This document shows positions 60,305 through 64,000 of a DNA stretch of 64,000 nt, one piece after another (position 1 is the first letter of the stretch; each line of letters starts with the position of its first letter). Made by a program: the position numbers and the translations under genes. Source of the stretch: Blepharisma stoltei ATCC 30299 (taxonomy: Eukaryota > Protista > Ciliophora); the NCBI GenBank assembly GCA_965603825.1, contig CBFDEM010000021.1:248001-312000 (forward strand), written 5' to 3'. The notes beneath the pieces were generated by a model, which saw nothing but the letters and a program-made list of their open reading frames with translations, had not been told where the DNA came from and ran no database searches.

Positions 60305-61642
60305 CTAGAACTTGAGGCAGTCAAGCAAAACACTGTCTGCGAGCATCTCATCTTCGACGTATTTGTTTTGGATAATAGAAACATCATTTGCATTAGTTTC
60401 GTAGAAGTCTTTGGAAAAAAGTTCAGGAGAATCAGAAGCATTGGCGGCTTTTTGAATTTCACTGATTTGGGCGTAGTCTAAAGGATTTGATGTGGCGTAA
60501 CAATGTCTTATAAGTGGAGTCTCGTTAGAAGACTTAGATTGTATAGAAGTTCGAGGTATTGTCATCTGTTTTAATTGGTTATCCAATGACTGCTCTATTA
60601 TTTTATTCTTGTCTATAGACTTCTGAATATTTTTTTGATCATATAAAAGAACAGATTGCAGCCTCTTAGCTTTTTGGACCTCTTGAGAAATTGTGTTGAT
60701 TTTTAATGTGTATTCATCTCTTTGGTCTTGAAGTTTGGAAATTTTATTTTGTAGTTCTGCCATTCTTTTCTGTGAAGGTGAATATTCATAATTATTATTC
60801 TTTCATGATGCTTTTTTTTGCTTTTCAAGGTTTTCATAGTTAATTTCAATTGAGCGCTCTTGATGGTTAGGATTGCAAAAAAAATCATTAAAAGTGATAT
60901 CTTTTTTTGGGCTGACGATGATGTCTGATAAGCTAAACTCCCTTTGCTTTTCTCTTAAAAGATCATTCCCTCTAGTATGATCAGCCAGCAATAATTTACA
61001 CTGATTGGCTAAGTCTTCATTTTCTTTGTTGATTTTAATATATTTTTCTTTCATTTTTTTCACTATACCTACCATAATTTCTATTTTTTTGTAGAGCAAT
61101 CCTTTTTGATCTTGAATAGTAAGCTGGTTTTCTTTATTAATATTAAATTGCTCAACATCCTTTTCCAATACATTATTCTTTTTTTCCAAATCCGCAATTT
61201 GTAACTCTTTTGTCTCTGACTCTGCTAGACACTCTGCATATTGAGCTTCATAGTCTCCAATAATTTTTTCCTCTCTGGCCTGGGCACAATTTGCAGTCTG
61301 TTCACTCGTTCTTGCTTTATGCATGGCATCATTTCTTTCAATGGTAATTCTCCTTACCCTTTCCTCTAAAGCTCTTTTTTCAGCTATTAGCGTTTCAATA
61401 ATCCTTGGAGAAATTACCGATTGAGTTTCAGCTTCATCACAGACACTTTTTTCAGTCCCTGGTTTTGAGAATAACAATTCCTTCAGCACTTGTTTATAGA
61501 TTGCTAGAGAAGATTCTAGATCTTCAACATACGATCTCAACTGTTCTGATTCCAATTGAATAAATCTCATTTTCGTAGCTTTACGCGCTGTAAGGTGCTC
61601 GCCTGATGGCATTGTATGCAAAGCATTGTAAAGGTCGAACAT
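60305..61642 (-). CDS. Coiled-coil protein
   Basis: ORFs 60803-61642 and 60305-60763 are in the same frame, separated by TGA; ends TAG. Confidence 0.75.
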
Positions 61643-61672
61643 TTTTAAAAGAATTAATTAACAGTATAATTT

Positions 61673-62708
61673 TTATAGATCAGTTTTATAAGGAGACTGC
61701 AATTTTAAATCTCTTGTTGTTCTGGATTTACTTTTGGTGTTGTATAAAAACTGAGAATTTAACGATTTCTGCATGCTTTTAATGTCTTTTATCATATCTT
61801 TTACACTGCTAGAAGATTTTGGAGAAGAAAAAACCGGGGACTGAGTAAAAATTACAGAAACTCCTGCATTAGGAGTGATTTCAGGCAAAAAAAACTGTGG
61901 AGAGTCAGATAAAGGAGGTGGCAATGCAAACTGTAAGTCCGGAAGAGACTGATGGTTGCACTTTCTGCTTGTTTTGTGAGTAAATTTTAAATTTCTGTGT
62001 CTAGGATCTACAAAAGTTTGTATTCGTTTTTGTTCTCCAAACATTCTTTTCGCTTCTTCTTGCTTTCTGATTTTTTCAAGTGTGCGTCTTTGTTCTTCAT
62101 ATAAATCATGTTCAACCAGCTTTTCTACTTCTTCGCCGATTTCACTCATTTCGTCTTCTCATTCGAACCGTTTGTTTTTCTTTTTCACTATATCATTTTT
62201 CTGAGGCTGTTTATTAAATGATTTAATTTGAATTTCTTGATTTTCTTTTATTTGCCTATGCAATTTATCTTCATCTAAAACTTTTGAAATGATTTTGTAT
62301 TTTTCTAAGAAAAAGCTTGGAAGATTATTATACTTTTTTTGCTCCAGATTAGGGGAAAACACTTGGACTTTCATGTATTCTTTTAACGCTGGAGATAGGT
62401 TTTTTCGATTTATATAAAGAAGATCTTCTAAGGGATAATAAGTGGCTTGATTTTGCTGGGTATCAATGTTTATTTCTTCCTCAGAAAGCTCTGTTATATG
62501 TGGTTCAGGCGACTTATGAGTCATTGGTGCTGCTCTAATTGCATCTCTAAGTCTTAGACCGTATTTGACTTTATATCTTCGCATATCGCTGCATTTTCTG
62601 ATTAAATGTTTACACGTAAAAGCTAAGCTTATCTTGTTTTGGGATAAATTTGTCTTTATTTGAGAAGCTTTTGATGAATTCTGCATGATGCAGCTCTGAA
62701 GTGCTCAT
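61673..62708 (-). CDS. Hypothetical protein, one 16-nt intron
   Basis: ATG 62708 plus intron 62598-62613 enters the frame of ORF 62159; TGA 62159 joins ORF 61673. Confidence 0.65.
62598..62613 (-). other. 16-nt intron
   Basis: GTAAACATTTAATCAG. Confidence 0.7.
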
Positions 62709-62856
62709 TTTTTATTTTGAAGTTAATTTTAAAACCACTAATAGGAAAGCTTATCGGATACACATTAATATTATATCTGTCTTATATTTATAAATCTATT
62801 CATTCAGTAAAGTTATTAGAAATTATACGACTTTTCTATTGCTTTTAATTATAGAA

Positions 62857-63924
62857 TTACTCAGGCATTCCACTCCATGGTTGGCTTTTAAGCTCAATTT
62901 CTACCACTTTTTCTTCCTCTTGTGCTTGTTTTACCTCATCTTCTGTCACTCCAGCTATAAACTTCGCAGCTTTATTGACTCCTTTTTTGGCTTCTTTTTC
63001 TACTTTATTCAACAGCTCCATGGTCTCTTGCTTCATAGTCTGAACTCTTGGGTTATTATTAACCATGTCAAACGCTGACTTAGCTGTGCTTGTGACAGTT
63101 GTGGCCACTCCAGTGGTCGTGGATTTTACAGCTTGGACTTGAGGATATTGTGCAATTTCATTGAATTTGTCGAAGGTATTATTGACTCCTTTCTCAACAG
63201 ATTCTATAATGGTTTTAGAAGTTTCTTCAACTCTCTTCACGACTGGCTGAGATGCTTCAGAGATATAGCCATAGGCAACATTTCCGGCACTTTTAGTTTT
63301 CTCGACAACAGAACTTACGCTATTTTGGACAGTCCCGACAACGCCCCAGGAAGTTTCGCTGACTTTTTGAACTGCAGGCTGAGCGTATTCATAAGCACGG
63401 TTTCCAGCTTGTTTGGTTAAGTTTACTGCTGAGCTAAACCACCCTCGAAGGCCCGATGAAGGTTGTTGATCTTTAGATTCTTCAGAAACCTGAGCAGGCG
63501 ATGTAGGAAGAGTAGGTGCTAATTGTATGCCGATATCTCTAGAAGGGAAGTCTACATCATAAGATTCTCCTGCAGCTACTACAACAAGTCTCTTCTTATA
63601 ATATTCTGCAGCATTACTTCTGTATTTTATGTCAATTGGAGTATTATGATCTATTCCATAATAAGCAAAAAATTCATGAAGGGCGGTGTTGCCGCCTGCA
63701 GTCATATTTTTCAATTGATTAATTTCCCAATCATTATCTAGCAAAGATTTCACAACATTTCCAAGAATGTTCATATGTGACTGAGCGCAGTGAGAACAAA
63801 TAAAAGTTCCGAAAGTAACTGAAGCTTGAGAAGGATCTGGATAAAAACAGTCACAACAGGCTTGATTTTCTGGGTCTTCCCTAAGTTTCTCAAACACTTG
63901 AGTATTTATGCCAGATTCGCTCAT
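62857..63924 (-). CDS. ArfGAP1-like protein, arginine finger apparently lost, with amphipathic-repeat tail
   Basis: PENQACCDC..SVTFGTFICSHC..MTAGGN..KYRSNAAEYY; first ATG at 63924. Confidence 0.85.
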   Translation of the reverse strand: MSESGINTQVFEKLREDPENQACCDCFYPDPSQASVTFGTFICSHCAQSHMNILGNVVKSLLDNDWEINQLKNMTAGGNTALHEFFAYYGIDHNTPIDIKYRSNAAEYYKKRLVVVAAGESYDVDFPSRDIGIQLAPTLPTSPAQVSEESKDQQPSSGLRGWFSSAVNLTKQAGNRAYEYAQPAVQKVSETSWGVVGTVQNSVSSVVEKTKSAGNVAYGYISEASQPVVKRVEETSKTIIESVEKGVNNTFDKFNEIAQYPQVQAVKSTTTGVATTVTSTAKSAFDMVNNNPRVQTMKQETMELLNKVEKEAKKGVNKAAKFIAGVTEDEVKQAQEEEKVVEIELKSQPWSGMPE

Positions 63925-64000
63925 TTTATATTGGAGATAATTAATGCTGATAAATTTAAGATAACAGAACAAGGAGGACTTAAATTAGAGTCAGAGAATT

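Noticed and set aside
22-63741. Numerous short antisense or alternate-frame ORFs in the track (e.g. 3129-3485, 15425-15880, 39220-39618, 47468-47971)
   Set aside because: Shadows of well-supported genes with no recognisable motifs
1-64000. Fragmented ORFs as pseudogenes or selenoproteins
   Set aside because: Breaks are TGA at Trp positions or precise 15/16-nt introns; no unexplained frameshifts; TGA does not fall at Cys positions

Overview
Gene-dense, AT-rich eukaryotic DNA, most consistent with the macronuclear genome of a heterotrich ciliate (Blepharisma-like; taxon is inferred). The fragmented ORF track has two causes. First, UGA is read as Trp: in-frame TGA falls at invariant Trp positions of kinase, Myb, WD40, PH and MFS motifs, and every complete gene model ends in TAA/TAG. 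Second, there are 15-16 nt spliceosomal introns; I found 15, all GTA...AG with an A six bases from the 3' end. Rebuilt this way, the window holds about 40 protein genes and one tRNA-Arg(CCG). Recognisable genes include FARSB, RAE1, two importin-betas, a CDPK, a ULK-like kinase, DNAAF1, DNAAF5-like, VID27, two Myb factors, NADAR and an actin-like gene. The strongest leads are: a 2,523-aa TRANK1-like SF1 helicase with an apparent RelE/ParE-fold domain; a head-to-head pair of unrecognised CaaX paralogues; IS3/IS150-type tandem HTH proteins, one behind an inverted-repeat/palindrome-rich promoter; a PH-PH-Sec6-PH protein; a Myb factor with two kinase-consensus repeat arrays; four apparent pseudoenzymes; and co-directional genes only 10-30 bp apart. 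All family assignments are by-eye motif recognition; no database search was run.
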